64,000 nt of DNA, from positions 69,006,001 to 69,070,000 of the forward strand of contig OX597821.1 of the NCBI GenBank assembly GCA_951406725.2, given 5' to 3'. Position numbers and translations under genes: made by a program. Source of the stretch: Octopus vulgaris (taxonomy: Eukaryota). This document shows positions 12,430-26,030 of this stretch, piece after piece. Position 1 is the first letter of the stretch, and each line of letters begins with the position of its first letter. The notes below the pieces were generated by a model, which saw nothing but the letters and a program-made list of their open reading frames with translations, had not been told where the DNA came from and did not search any database.

Positions 12430-13715
12430 GATGGGTTGGCGGCAGTGGTGGGGATGAGGATGATGAAGATGGTGGTGGTGGCGGCAGTGATGGTGATGAT
12501 GACAAGGATGTTGACAATGACGACGATGATGATGATGGATTAAGTGAAGACAACAACGATGACAATGATGGCAGCAGTGATGATGATGACAATGACAATG
12601 GTAGTGGCAACGATGATGATGATAGTGGCAGTGACGACAATGATGATGATAATGATGATGATGACGGCGATGACAATGGTGGCGGCAATGATGACAATGA
12701 TGATGATGATGATGGCAGCAATGATGACAATGATGATGATGATGATGGCGGCAATGATGACAATGATGATGATGATGATGGCGGTGGCGATGATAACAAC
12801 AACAACAATGGTGGTGACAGTGGTGGTGGCGATGACGATGACAACGGTGGTGGCGATGATGATGACAACGGTGGTGGTGATGATGATGACAACGGTAGTG
12901 GCGATGACAATGACAACGATGGTGGTGATGACGATGACAACGGTAGTGCCGATGACAATGACAACGGTGGTGCCAAAGACGATGACAATGGTGGTGGCGA
13001 AGACGATGGCAACGGTGGTGACAAAGATGATGACAACGGTGGTGGCAATGATGATGACAACGGTGGTGGTGATGACGATGACAACGGTGGTGGCGATGAC
13101 GATGACAACGGTGGTGGCAATGACAATGACAATGGTGGTGGTGATGATGATAACAACGGTGGTGGTGATGACAATGACAACAGTGGTGGTGATGATGATG
13201 ACAACGGTAGTGGCGATGACAAATACAACGGTGGTGGCAAAGACAATGACAACAGTGGGGGCGAAGACGATGGCAACGGTGGTGACAAAGATGATGACAA
13301 CGGTGGTGGCGATGATGATGACAACGGTGGTGGCAATGACGATGGCAAAGGTGGTGGCGAAGACGATGGCAACGGTGGTGGCGATGACGATGACAATGGT
13401 GGTGGCAATGACAATGACAATGGTGATGGCGATGACAATTACAACGGTGGTGGCGATGACGATGACAATGGTGGTGGCGCTGACGATGACAACGGTGGTG
13501 GCGATGACAACAATGATGATAACGATGACGATGACAATGGTGGTGGCGCTGACGATGACAACGGTGGTGGCGATGACAACAATGATGATAACGATGACGA
13601 TGACAACAGTGGCTGTGATGACGAGGACGACGGCAACAGTGGTAGTGATGGTGGCGGCAATGACAACAACAACAATGTCGACAATGACAATGATGATGAT
13701 GACAAGGAGGAGGAG
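12430..13715. repeat. 1.3-kb cryptic trinucleotide minisatellite (~24-bp unit GATGACAACGGTGGTGGCGATGAT)
   Basis: GAY/AAY/GGY triplets; open in five frames. Confidence 0.9.
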
Positions 13716-15026
13716 GAGCAATATAGAGATATATATACATCTGTTCAATAAACATATATACATTCTGCTTCCCTGAAAAAACAGACCCCATGATTAAAAC
13801 CAAGGATTCTAGCAGCTTGGATTGAGGATTGAGCTGATTAGTTTGCTGGTGTGTTTATGTTCCTGTAACTTAGTGGTTCGGCAAAAGAGACTGATAGAAT
13901 AAGTAGTAGGCTTACGGAGAATAAGTCCTGGGTCGATTTGCTTGACTAAAGGCAGTACTCCAACATGGCCACAGTCACATGACTGAAACAAGTAAAAGAG
14001 TAATTAAAAAAGTAGAAGAAAACTTCTCAAATTTAATTAAAGTGGAAGTAGTCTACTATAGGCATGAGGCCTGAAATCTGTGGGGAGGGGACTAGTCAAT
14101 TACATTGACCCCAGTATTTCACTGGTACTTAATTTATTGACCCTGAAAGGATGAAAGGCAAAGTCAACCATGGCAGAATTTGAACTCAGAACATAAAGAT
14201 AGGTGAAATATGGCTAAGCATTTTGCCAAGCATGCTAACAATTCTGCCATCACCTTCACAACAGCAACAACAACAACAACAACAATAATAATAATAACAT
14301 AAAAAATTAGCAAATTTTCAAGTTCAGAAAAAAATAATCTGAAGGTAATAAAAGACAATATGGAGCCATTCATAGAAAAGTTATGAAAATATTAAACAAA
14401 GGTGAATACACAAAGAATTAAATTTACATTGAGTTACTTCTAAGTTATGAAAGTACACTTTCAATGGGTCTCGGGAGCTGAGTTTCAAAATTTGTTATCT
14501 ATTTGCTAATTCTAGAAAGCACAACATGGCTTACAAGACAGTGAAATTAAATTTGAAGTAGGTAAACATATTTGAATATATTTCAGTTTTTCTATGAAAG
14601 AGTCTCTGAATTGAACTTAATTTAATTTATTAGTTTACAAGTTGTGGAGTTGTTTTCCAAATTTAACCTTTTGTTATCTTCATATTGGCATGTGTTATAA
14701 ACCAGAATACTAAAATATTTGACCACCAAGCAAAAAGATTTAGTAACACCAGATTTCAGTCATGCTGTACCTGATGAAAATACCAATTATTGTTAAAGTT
14801 GCTACACTCTGGCTTTGTATATGTATTCTCTCATTTAGAATGAACAATTTTAAATGCTGTTGGATTTTTCTAAGGTATTGGAATCTTACATATATACCAT
14901 TCTACCTAAAAAATGGATCTACAAATTCAATATCCCTACATATCTCACATCTATATTCTTTCCTACACCTCACTCTCTATTTTTATCCCATCTAAATTAA
15001 TTATTACTTAACCATCTTCTCACACT

Positions 15027-15078
15027 GTCTCCGATGAAGGGATATAATTAATAAATATCCTGGAAAGAGCTGTAAGAC
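15027..15078 (+). ncRNA. Hammerhead motif, U4C core variant (H3)
   Basis: GTCT-CCGATGA-AGGGATAT..ATATCCTG-GAAA-GAGCTG-TA|AGAC; downstream tail (15085-15143) matches the arm of the 52704-52839 palindrome. Confidence 0.6.
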
Positions 15079-15281
15079 ATTCTATCTATGAATGTTCTAA
15101 TATCTACACAGCCTTGGTTTTTTATCTCATTATGCAAAAAAAATTGTTATATTCTCTGGTCACCTTAATAAAACTGAAGACACAAGTTAATCTCTTTCCC
15201 TTCTTGAATGCTACAAAACAAGAATAAAAAAAAAACCCAGCTGGGGAAGTGGTAAAGCGTCAGACAAAATATTTTATGGTA

Positions 15282-15517
15282 CAGTAATTTCTCGCCATAT
15301 TGCGGTTCACCTATTGCGGTTTACCTATCGCAGTTTATTATTTAAGCTTACGTTGATTCCTCCATGGTGTTGTTTTGTATTTATAATAAAATATATATAT
15401 ACAAATTATAAAAATAAAAAAAAAATACGCAGTACAGTACTGTTTCTACTTAGTGGATTTTCACCTATTGCGGGGAGTTTTGGGATGTTAACACCTGCAA
15501 TAGTTGAGGGATTACTG
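15282..15517. mobile_element. Tc1/pogo-type MITE
   Basis: TIR CAGTAATTTCTCG..ATTGCGG / CCTGCAATAGTTGAGGGATTACTG; TA on left. Confidence 0.65.
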
Positions 15518-15584
15518 CATTTGATTATGTCCAGCTATTTACTGAATTCAATTCCTGCATAGACTAACTTTGCTTTAGTATGCA

Positions 15585-16825
15585 GAAACAGGTATTCTAC
15601 AATCTGATGATGTCATTCTTGATACACCTTAGTGTTTTCACACACATTCTTTATAATGAGTATTTCTCTTCCTAGACAGTCATCACAGAGGTTTTTCTAC
15701 ATTTGCTTAGATATGAGTTGTGTTAAATATAAATGTACACATCTTTATTTTTATAATCATTACTTTGCGTAACTTTAATTAATTAATTCAGTCTGATAAA
15801 GCTTTGTACACACCAGCAAATATATTCTTTGCTGTTTACATATAAGAATGCTTGGCGTTAGGAAGGGCATCCAGCTGTAGAAACTCTGCCAGATCAGATT
15901 GGAGTCTGGTGCAGCCATCTGGTTTGCCAGACCTCAGTCAAATCGTCCAACCAATGCTAGCATGGAAAGCGGACATTAAACGACGATGATGATGGTGATG
16001 AATGACTGTTCTTAGTGGGCTATGAATGACTAATTCAGAATCTGTAGCTGGTGAACTATAACTGCACTGAAATACCATTCTGAGGTTGATAAGTACCAAT
16101 GAAGAACAGAGTTGATTACATTCAACTATGTGTTTGAAGGATGTGTCCCAGAATGGTCATAAGTCAATGAGTGAAATCATGAACAGAATGAAAAGAATAT
16201 GGAAAAATATGAAATGAAATTGTGTTAAATTGTGTCTATAGTTCTAGTAAACATGTCTTTAGTTATTATATAAATTTTAAAAGTTATATCAAAAATTTTT
16301 GTGTACATTCAAATGTGGAAAGACATTCTCTAAAATAACTGTCTGGGAAGAGAAATTCACCTTGTAGGCAATGTCTGTGAAAACATTGAGCCAGACTATG
16401 AACAACATCATTGGAGAGTAAGATACATGTATCTGTGTTGTTACACATCACCTGTCAAAGACACTGAATTCATCATTAACAGCCCACTAAAAGCATTCAT
16501 TCATATATGTAAACAGCAAATAATATATTTGCTGGTGTGTGCAGAGTTTTGTCAAGTCAGAATTAATTAAAAGCACACAAAGAATTGATTATTAAGATAT
16601 GATGTGTACATTTATATTGAACTTGTTTGTGTACATTCAAATGTAAAAAGACTTTTTCTATGACTACTGTCTGAGAAAAGAAATTTTCCTTATAGACAGT
16701 GTGTGTGAAAACACTGAACTGGGCTATGAATATCATCACCAGACTGAGGGTATACGTGTCTGCATGTTACATTTCATCAGTGACAGACAGAATCCATAGC
16801 CCACTAAGAACTACCATTCTTATAT
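15585..16825. repeat. Old ~340-bp unit in inverted and tandem copies, with family B insertion
   Basis: 15590-15850 is reverse complement of ~16490-16770; 16290-16490 repeats at 16630-16820. Confidence 0.6.
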
Positions 16826-18044
16826 CCACTCTGTTATCATGGAGAATTGCAGTATCAGTGATCTTATAATAATCATATCTGCTTTTTTGCTTTGCTAGTA
16901 TGGTCAATTTCTATGGAGAATTCCATAAAATTTTTCAACATCACAACCCCTGTCTCATGTTTATATTACATACTTATCACTTGAGAATTGGCTAACATTC
17001 CAATGCATTCTTTAACATCCATAGGTAGTAGATAGTGAAGTAGCTTTCGCATATGGAAGCTAGTTGTAAATATGACTTTGTCAAATGGATATGGAAGCAC
17101 TCCGTCGGTTACGACGACAAGGGTTCCGGTTGATCCGAATCAACAGAACAGCCTACTCGTGAAATTAACGTGTAAGTGGCTGAGCACTCCACAGACACGT
17201 GTACCCTTAACGTAGTTCTTGGGGATATTCAGCGTGACACAGAGAGTGATAAGGCCGGCCCTTTGAAATACAGGTACAACAGAAACAGGAAGTAAGAGTG
17301 AAAGACAGTTGTGGTGAAAGAGTACAGCAGGGATCACCACCATCCCCTGCCGGAGCCTCATGCAATCAGGGACCAACTTCAAGCTTACACAAAGGAAAGG
17401 AGGTCAGCAGATGACACTGTTGATTCACGAAAAGTCTCGATTCCAACAGCAAGCTTGTAACAAGGTGACTTGTTCTGGTGTTGGGCAGTATCTGCTCTAG
17501 TATCGATAACTGATGAAAGATCCAAAGTGTCTGACCAACAACAGTGACAGAATAGCAAGGGTAAGGTTGTAATCATAATTTTGGTTCCTGCACTACAGCA
17601 TAGCAAGGTAGGCTGATAGTAAGGCAACATTTGATAAACTGAGTGCTTGGTAGCCCCCTACAGTTGATGCTATGTCTATCATCACAGATTCATCTCTTCC
17701 ATGGAATTCTAAGATCAACTATGTTATAGTGCTTTGGAAGCTGCAGTCAATTCCTCCTGACATGTGGGTAGTACCGGCTAACTTTGATTTCTCAAACAGA
17801 AGCTTAGAAGCAATGAAGGGAGTCTAACAGGGCCAGGTGAAATAAATGCTGAAAGTGCCAAAGATCATTCCTGTATCTTTGGCAGGAAAGGAGTGATGGC
17901 CATCATTTCAATGAACTGAGTCAGTATTGGAATTTCAGTCCAGTCTTCATGGCTGATCAGTGCCACTCTTTGCAAATGAGATGGCACTGATAAAATGTAA
18001 CATAAACTTGTATTATCAAAATTTTGTACGTGTCTGTATGTGGT

Positions 18045-18079
<35 letters not shown>

Positions 18080-19426
18080 CACACACACACACACTCACAC
18101 ACACACACACACACACAAAACACACAGATATAAATTGTATATATTAAAACAAAGACCGGAAAATTTGGTATATTTTTAATTTCCTGTTACATGTGTTTCT
18201 TTACAGGATAAGAGTTGCAAGATATATACATGTAGAAAACGTGTAGGACCTCCTATCTGCATATGTGTAATTTTTCAGATGAAAATTTTATTATTTTTTT
18301 TTTGTATTTTCAGTGTATTTACTTTTGTTGTAACATGCTTTATCCATGCTGTTCTAAAACGGTTTAATCCATCTTGAAACTTAAGATATCAAGAAATATT
18401 TGTCGCACATAAAATGGCAATAAATCTGATGAAATTAAATTTGAATATAAAGAAAACATTTTAAGGTGTCAGCCACTTCAGTCAGCTATTTATTAGAAAA
18501 ATAAATGTATGAATATTAATGGTTTTTAGAACATTGATATAGCTGGTATTCTAAAATAGAATGTGTGCCTCAGTAGTTAGTTATTTACATAACATTCTGC
18601 CTTTTCAATGTTACTAATCTTCAAATTGTCGACTTTGAATTCTTCTTTTACTTGTTTCTGGACTGTGGCCATGTTGGAGCACAGTCTTGAAGGGTTTGGT
18701 GAAGCAAATTGATTCCAATACTTATTTTTTTCAGTTTAGTATTCAGTTTATTCTATTGATCTCTTTTGCCAAATTGCTAAATTACAGGGACATCAACAAA
18801 CTGATACTGGTTAAGCAGTGGGTGAGACAGACAAACACAGATACTGGTTAGCCCAGGGCTATAGTAGAAGATACTTGCCCAAGGTGCTGAGAGGTGGAAC
18901 TGAACCCAAAACCATGCAACTGCGAAGCAAGTTTCTTAATCACTCATTCATGCCCGTGCTTATTATATACATTTTTAAGGAAGCCTTCATACAGTTGTTT
19001 GACAAGCAAAAAATAACAGCCAAATTACCCTTAAAAAATCACAGCAATTAAAATACCATTTTTCATACCTCAATCATGACTAACCAACAACAAGAACATA
19101 ACATATGCTTAAATGATTGTTATATCACAATACTACACGGTGGCTGTGTGAGCAACGAAATCCTCGTCGCCACTGTTATATCGCAATACTACACAGTGGC
19201 TGAGTGAGCTACTAAATCCTCATTGCTACTGTTATATCGCAGGTTCGGATGACCTCTACTCAACTCCCCGACGTCTAGACTTCTCCCTCTATATCTATGT
19301 ATTGGGCTAGCCTACTTCATCGTCTGGGGGCATTGACACAACAATGATATTACCATACACTTTTCCATCATTTTCACCATCCAGGCTAGTAATCTGAAAA
19401 CTTCTTGCTAGGCAGTTAAGACTTCT

Positions 19427-19646
19427 TTAACACTTTAGCATTTAAACTATCCGTATCTGGCTCAAATATTCAACCTATTTTATGTCAAAACTGGCTGGAT
19501 CCAGTCACACATACCTATCCTACAATGCCATTCTAAAAATAAACAATTACATCATCAAAATCTATAAGACAATGTATCGTCAATTCAAAAGAATGTGAAT
19601 AAATAAGCATTACACCTTACAAAGTAATTTGAATACTAAAGAGTTA
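19427..19646. mobile_element. piggyBac-type MITE
   Basis: TTAA-CACTTTAGCATT ... AATACTAAAGAG-TTAA. Confidence 0.65.
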
Positions 19647-20317
19647 AATAGAGGCCACAAAAACGTCTTGTGTTTGGGACTTGATAAATGCAGAGACTTC
19701 ACTGTACAACACTCTCATACTTCATTACTGAAGCCAGAACATTGTCTTGAAGTTGTAATTTTAATATAACCTTTCATAGTTGTCAACACTAACAACACAA
19801 CATAAAGATTGTATTTCTTTTTCAGTGCCAGAAAACAGTTCAGCCATGATGTTTTGCAAACAATTTGCACATGCAAGTGCTACCAGTCGAAAAGCTCTGC
19901 ATACTGGATGCCAGCAAGTGCATGGGGGTCATCAGGAGAGAATGCGTGCCGTTCTGGGGCCTACCTCTTGATGTCATCATTGCACACCAGCCTCCCTTAC
20001 TGATATGAGGCCCCACTTGCTAGATCAACTGGTTATCAGATATAGCTCAGTATGTTTCTTGTCATTGCTCATCGTCTCTTTTTAACCAAATCCAGTGGCT
20101 TGCCTTTTCCACTGTAGTTTGGATATCACTCATGGTGGTATTTGTTTTATGATGAGATAAGCCTAACATTAACAACGATCACCTCACACTTTGTCCAACA
20201 AATCCTCTATATCCAACATCGATTGGAAAATGCTCCGCTTTCAAGCCTGCATTTTCATATTCCTTGGGGAGGTTTACACAACGGTCAAATTGAGATGGTA
20301 TACATTCTGGGTCATAT

Positions 20318-20545
20318 TTAACCCTTTAGCATTCAGATTATTCTGTTAAATGTAATGTTTATTAATTGACATTGCTTAGAATTAATTGTGCGCTATGTTG
20401 TGGCTTTCAGATTTTGACAATGTGGTTGTTTACATTTAAAATGATATAGTAGGATAGGGGTGAGAGGCCTGATCTGGCTGGTTTGAACATAAAACAGGTA
20501 GAATATCTGGGCCTGATTTAGCTGGTTTAAATACTCAAGGGTTAA
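20318..20545. mobile_element. piggyBac-type MITE (same family, opposite orientation)
   Basis: TTAA-CCCTTTAGCATT ... AATACTCAAGGG-TTAA. Confidence 0.7.
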
Positions 20546-21531
20546 ATAAATATGTTGGTATGGAAGTTGACCAGCCTATGCCTTTTCTATTGTCATCACC
20601 AAACTAGCTAACTGCATACTAACCAACTAATATCTCTCATATTTGCTGTGTCTCACTCCTCTGACTTTAGATCCATCCATTCATTTTCACTGCTCACTAT
20701 TCCTGAGAGGTTCATGGTGGGCTGAGTCCTCAGGCACCTCCTTTATAGGGTCCTATCAAAAGTAAATGTCATTACACTTTCCTGCTGGATTCCCAAGTGC
20801 GATCATTTGGGACTATGCATATAATGCAACCATCTTGTTCTTGGGCTACCCCTAGGTATCCCACCAGTTGACTTGCTTTGAAGAATCCAGCTTGCAGTCC
20901 TTTCTTGCACTCTAATCACTTGTCTGTAATACTGGAGTTGTGACCTCTGTATGTGGAGAAGAAGCCATGAGAGTCCCTGATCTATGCTTCTTGTCATATG
21001 ACATTATTTGAGATATCCTTTGGAAGAACCCCATTTTGGTCGTTTGTATTTGCAATCATACTCTTTTGGTCAACATTTTTGCAGTAACAGTTTAGAAAAT
21101 AAAATACTTTAGAAAATAAAATAAGCATGTCTGCTATGGGGAGAGATTTGTTTTGAAGTTTTGGGTAGAGATTTTCTTCTATTATAACTCATCTTTCAAA
21201 CTTGTTTTACAAATTTCATAAACTGTTTTGTTTTCCTTTCTTCTCTCTGCACAGACCATCACTAGTTTTCACTGGTTCATGTTTCATACTTCTTTCTCAA
21301 AAGGAGTTTATTTTATTCTAATTTAAATTATAGCTGAGATATAGGAGTTCTGAGGAAGTTGTAAAGGGATGCATTTCCAAGAATGGAAAGATAAAATATT
21401 TCTGTGATAGAAAAGCACAATATTGGTGAGAAAGTGAAGAAAGACAAATGTGATATGTTTCCCTGAATTTGTTTGTGACCAAATTTCTAACAAAATACAC
21501 AAATACACCATCTATGTTTTAATTAATTTTG

Positions 21532-21566
<35 letters not shown>

Positions 21567-22125
21567 AAATGATTTAGTAAAATACCATTTTTTTCATCGT
21601 GAAAGCTAATGTTGGAAACATAACTTATCAAAAGGTTTTTGCATAAAATTAAAACTGAGGAATTTGATTTAAATATGAATGCTTTTTAAATGATAAGCCT
21701 TAATGAGTTAGCTTGCAAATTCAGAAAGAGAATTAGTTTGGTGTTTTGACAATTTATCAGTAGAAGAGAAAGAAAGCAGATTCAGTTTAAACATTAGGAG
21801 CAGCTAATGAAGAAAAATTTCTATCTGGATCATCACTTCGTGTTGAAGTGAATCTCATATATTTTTATTATTGAAATATATTTGTGTGACATTGATAGAC
21901 TGGCTATATGTGTCCTTGTAAAGAGTCTGTAGAGACAACAGGTACTGAAACCAATTAGGTTGCAGAGAACTCAAATTCATATCAAAATTTCATGTCAGCT
22001 ACATTAAAAATAATCTTTCATTTATCAGAACCCAATGGTATTGAATTTCAGTTAAAGACTAATAGCATTTTTGTTTTTCAAGGAAGAGTCTAATTCACGA
22101 ACTGATAGTCATACTTTTTGCTGCA

Positions 22126-22164
<39 letters not shown>

Positions 22165-22339
22165 TTAAACAGAATGGTATGAACATAAACTAATATATGC
22201 ATATATCCACATCCTGTCTTTCAGTACTGGAAGACAAACTAGTTTTACTGATACAATTCTATATTTAAGAGATGAGGAATTATGTACATCATTTACATTA
22301 TTTACATTTGACAGATATTTGTTCTCATCTTGTTTGTTG

Positions 22340-22384
22340 TTAACAAGTTTCGGCTGATATACCATCCAGCCTTCATCAGGTGTC
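22340..22384 (-). ncRNA. Hammerhead motif (H1), small deletion at cleavage site
   Basis: Reverse complement GACAC-CTGATGA-A-GGCTG..CAGCC-GAAAC-TTGTT. Confidence 0.65.
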
Positions 22385-22435
22385 TTAGGGTAATTTCGAA
22401 CCTGGGTTCTCATTCCCTAGGTATTTTTCGATGTA

Positions 22436-22509
<74 letters not shown>

Positions 22510-22579
22510 CAGGTCACTGCCTGGAATCGAACTTGGAATCTTGGGGTTAGTAGCCTGCGCTCTTAACCACTATGCCCAC

Positions 22580-22650
22580 GGGCATATGGCGTAGTGGCTA
22601 AGAGCACAGGCTACTAACCACAAGATTCCGAGTTCGATTCCAGGCAGTGA

Positions 22651-22652
<2 letters not shown>
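22580..22652 (+). promoter_or_regulatory. tRNA-derived Pol III head of H1 element
   Basis: A box TGGCGTAGTGG (22587-22597) and B box GTTCGATTCC (22632-22641) at tRNA-like spacing; mirrored 5'-truncated copy at 22510-22577. Confidence 0.8.
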
Positions 22653-22686
<34 letters not shown>

Positions 22687-22751
22687 CAATAACAATAACA
22701 ACATCAAAAAATACCTTAGGAATGAGAACTCTAGTTCAAAATTTCCCCCAA

Positions 22752-22795
22752 GACACCTGATGAAGGCTGGAGGGTATATCAGCCAAAACGTTTTA
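22752..22795 (+). ncRNA. Hammerhead motif (H1), G12A mutated
   Basis: GACAC-CTGATGA-A-GGCTG..CAGCC-AAAAC-GTT. Confidence 0.6.
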
Positions 22796-24411
22796 ACAAC
22801 AAACAAGATGGGGACAAATATCCATCAAATGTAAATAATGCAAATAATGTAAATAATGTAGTTTTACTGAGAAGATAGCTATTTGATTCCTTCAGTGGTC
22901 TCGTGTATTCTTTTGCAATCAGTGAAACAACTTCTGAATATCTGTTCTAAATACATGAAGTGGACTATGGTAGAGTCACTTTAGTCCCTTTTATATACTT
23001 TTACTATTTTATAAAATCTAATGTATTACATGGTGTATCTTCAAATACAGTGAAGTAGACTGTGCTGTCAATACCCAAGCTGTAGATGTGTGATGAAAGA
23101 CTTAATCAACATTCTTACTGTTGCCATGAACACCACCACTACTGCCACCGCCGCTACTGCCGCCGCCGCCACCACCACCACCATCACCACCACCACCACC
23201 ACCACCACCACCCTTTGGCTTTTCTAGGCTGACATGGATTGGCTGGGTTGTTCACTGAGCAAGTTATTTCCTATTCTGACTTACTTGCTCTCCTACACAG
23301 GCTGGTGACCACATTTCACTTGTACATTCCATTTTTGTAGGTTTTTCTATGATTGGATGTCCTTCCAATCACCAACCATTTTATAGAATCATCATCATCA
23401 TCATCTTTTAAAGTCCCCTTTCCATGCTAGCATGGGTTGGACGTGTGACTGAGGGCTGGCGAACCAGATAGCTGCACCAGGCTCCAAACTGATCTGGCAA
23501 AGTTTCTACAGCTGGATGCCCTTCCTAACGCTAACCACTCCGAGAGTGTAGTGGGTGCTTTTACGTGCCACCGGCACAGAGCCAATCAGGCGGCACTGGC
23601 AACTACCTCGCTCGAATCTTTTACACATGCCACCGGCGCGGATGCCAGTAAGGCAATGCTGGTAACGATCACGCTCGAATGGTGTTTTTTATGTGCCACC
23701 GGCACAGAATGTATATGATATATATACATTGCACCAGCACTAGACAAATTACCATATTCTTGGTAAAACTAGTGTTGCCTCTAGCCTACATTGTCCCATT
23801 TCAATTGCCATGCACTTTACAAGATAAAATGAGAGATAGTGATGAGGACAAATGTTGGTAAGAAAAAGGGAAGTGATGGATGTCAATAGTAAATGATAGA
23901 AGGCAGCAAGCTGGCAGAATTGTTAGCACACTGGGCAAACTGCTTAGCAGCATTTTGTCCATATTTATGTTCTGAGTTCAAATCCTGCCTAGGTCAACTT
24001 TACTTTTCATCTTTTGATTGATAAAATAAGTACCAGTTCAGCACTGAGATCAATGTAATTGGCATACCCACTTCCCCATAATTGCTGGACTTGTGTCAAA
24101 GTCTGAAACCAGTAATGAGTGATAGAGGAAAGACTAATGGGAGATAGTGAGTGAAGGCTAGCCATATAGAAGGGTGATGACAAGCTGGTGATATTAGAGA
24201 AACATATTGACAGGGAAGAGATGGGTGATAAATGGTGACTGCCAAAATGTTTCATGATACATGGTAGATTCTGCTGCCTAATTGCTTTCTCCCCACCACC
24301 CTGTATTCCTTAGGAAACCCACAGCTCCTTCCTTCTATTGATAGGCAGTTTGGTTGGGGTGGACCCTTGCCTTGGTTTGTTTTAGTTTGAATGCACCCGA
24401 GGTGAGATCGT

Positions 24412-24804
24412 ATTCTTTTATTTGTTTCAGTCATTTGACTGCAGCCATACTGGAGCACCACAAATCGACCCCAGGACTTATTCTTTAGAAGCCTAGTACT
24501 TACTGTATCGGTCTCTTTTGCTGAACCACCAAGTTATGGGGATGTAAACACACCACCATTGGTTGTCAAGCAATGTTGGGGGACAAACACAGACACACAA
24601 ACATATACACACACATACATATATATATATATAAACACATGTATACAACAGGCTTCTTTCAGTTTCCGTCTACCAAATCCACTACAAGGCTTTGGTTGGC
24701 CCGATGCTATAGTAGAAGACACTTGCCCAAGGTGCTATGCAATGGGAATGAACCCGGAACCATGTGGTTGGTAAGCAAGCTACTTACCACACAGCCACTC
24801 CTGC

Positions 24805-24875
<71 letters not shown>

Positions 24876-25290
24876 TATGTATGTATGTATGTATGTCTAT
24901 ATGCATATATTCATATGCATACATAAATATATCATTTACATACTCCTTTTTTTCCTTTTATTTGTTTCAGCCATTTGACTGTGGCCATGCTGGAGCACCA
25001 CCTTTAGTCGAGCAAATCGACCTTAGGATTTACTCTTTGTAAGCCAAGTACTTATTTTATTGGATCACTTTTGCCAAACTGCTAAGTTACGGGTATGCAA
25101 ACACACTACCATCAGTTGTCAAGCAATGTTGGGGGCACAAATACAGAAACACACACACACATGATGGGTTTCTTTCAGTTTCTGTCTACCAAATCCACTC
25201 ACAAGGCTTTGGTCGGCCTGAGGCTATATAGCAGAAGACTCTTGCCCAAGTGGTTGGTAAGCAAGCTACTTACCACACAGCCACTCCTGT
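24412..25290 (-). mobile_element. Two tandem family A SINE copies
   Basis: Tail TTGTTTCAGTCATTTGACTG to head ACCACACAGCCACTCCTG, twice. Confidence 0.85.
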
Positions 25291-25659
25291 CACATGCAAG
25301 TCACATGCACTACTATATATGTATACACACAAGGGAACAAGAAATTATACAATGAGTTTCATTAGCTTACAGTCGTTTCTGCTCTAGGATGCAATGCACT
25401 CATACTCAAGTGCTTGCATATTATCTCATAGCTTTGTTTGAGCTATAAGGGGATACACAAGCAATCAACTATGAGTGCTTTGTGTCATATAGCAAACACA
25501 TACACACAAATGAATATATAGACATACATATAAACACTGGCAATACACACATACACACACACACACACACATACACACACACACCATACATCCTGTGTTG
25601 CAATTGGCATTTCTATCAATTGTTGCACTTCCAATTCCATTTGCAGTATACTGAGCTAC

Positions 25660-25732
25660 CATTACCACCAGCATCATCATCATCATCGTCATCATCATCA
25701 TTGTCGTCATCGTCGTCGTCATCATCATCATC

Positions 25733-25791
<59 letters not shown>

Positions 25792-26030
25792 TACCATTAT
25801 TTTTATTGTCAACATAATTTTCATCATCTTCACCATTGCCACCACCACCACCACCACCACCACCACGACTACTGTCATTTTTATCTTCATTATCATTACT
25901 AGTGCTATCATCATCATCATCATCATCATCATCATTGCCATCATCATCTTTGTCTTCATCATTGTCATCACCATCTCCTTCACCACCACCACCACCACCA
26001 CCACCACCACCATCATCATCATTATCTTCA
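25660..26030. repeat. (CAT/CAC)n compound microsatellite
   Basis: Direct inspection. Confidence 0.95.

Larger units (their letters stand above)
22252..22858. mobile_element. Head-to-head inverted dimer of tRNA-headed, hammerhead-containing SINE-like element (H1)
   Basis: Each arm: tRNA-like head + (AAT)n + hammerhead + tail; flanked by 12-bp direct repeat TAGTTTTACTGA (22240-22251, 22859-22870). Confidence 0.85.

Noticed and set aside
12322-13803. 400-490 aa His/Cys-, Asp/Gly- or Met/Thr-rich ORFs
   Set aside because: Overlapping translations of one triplet minisatellite; no domain or splice support
17390-17990. Possible Gypsy RT/RNaseH relic (…AITPF…) on minus strand
   Set aside because: Too degenerate to support without BLASTX
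22580-22652. Functional tRNA gene
   Set aside because: Acceptor and anticodon stems pair poorly, no oligo-T terminator, fused to repeat body; SINE head
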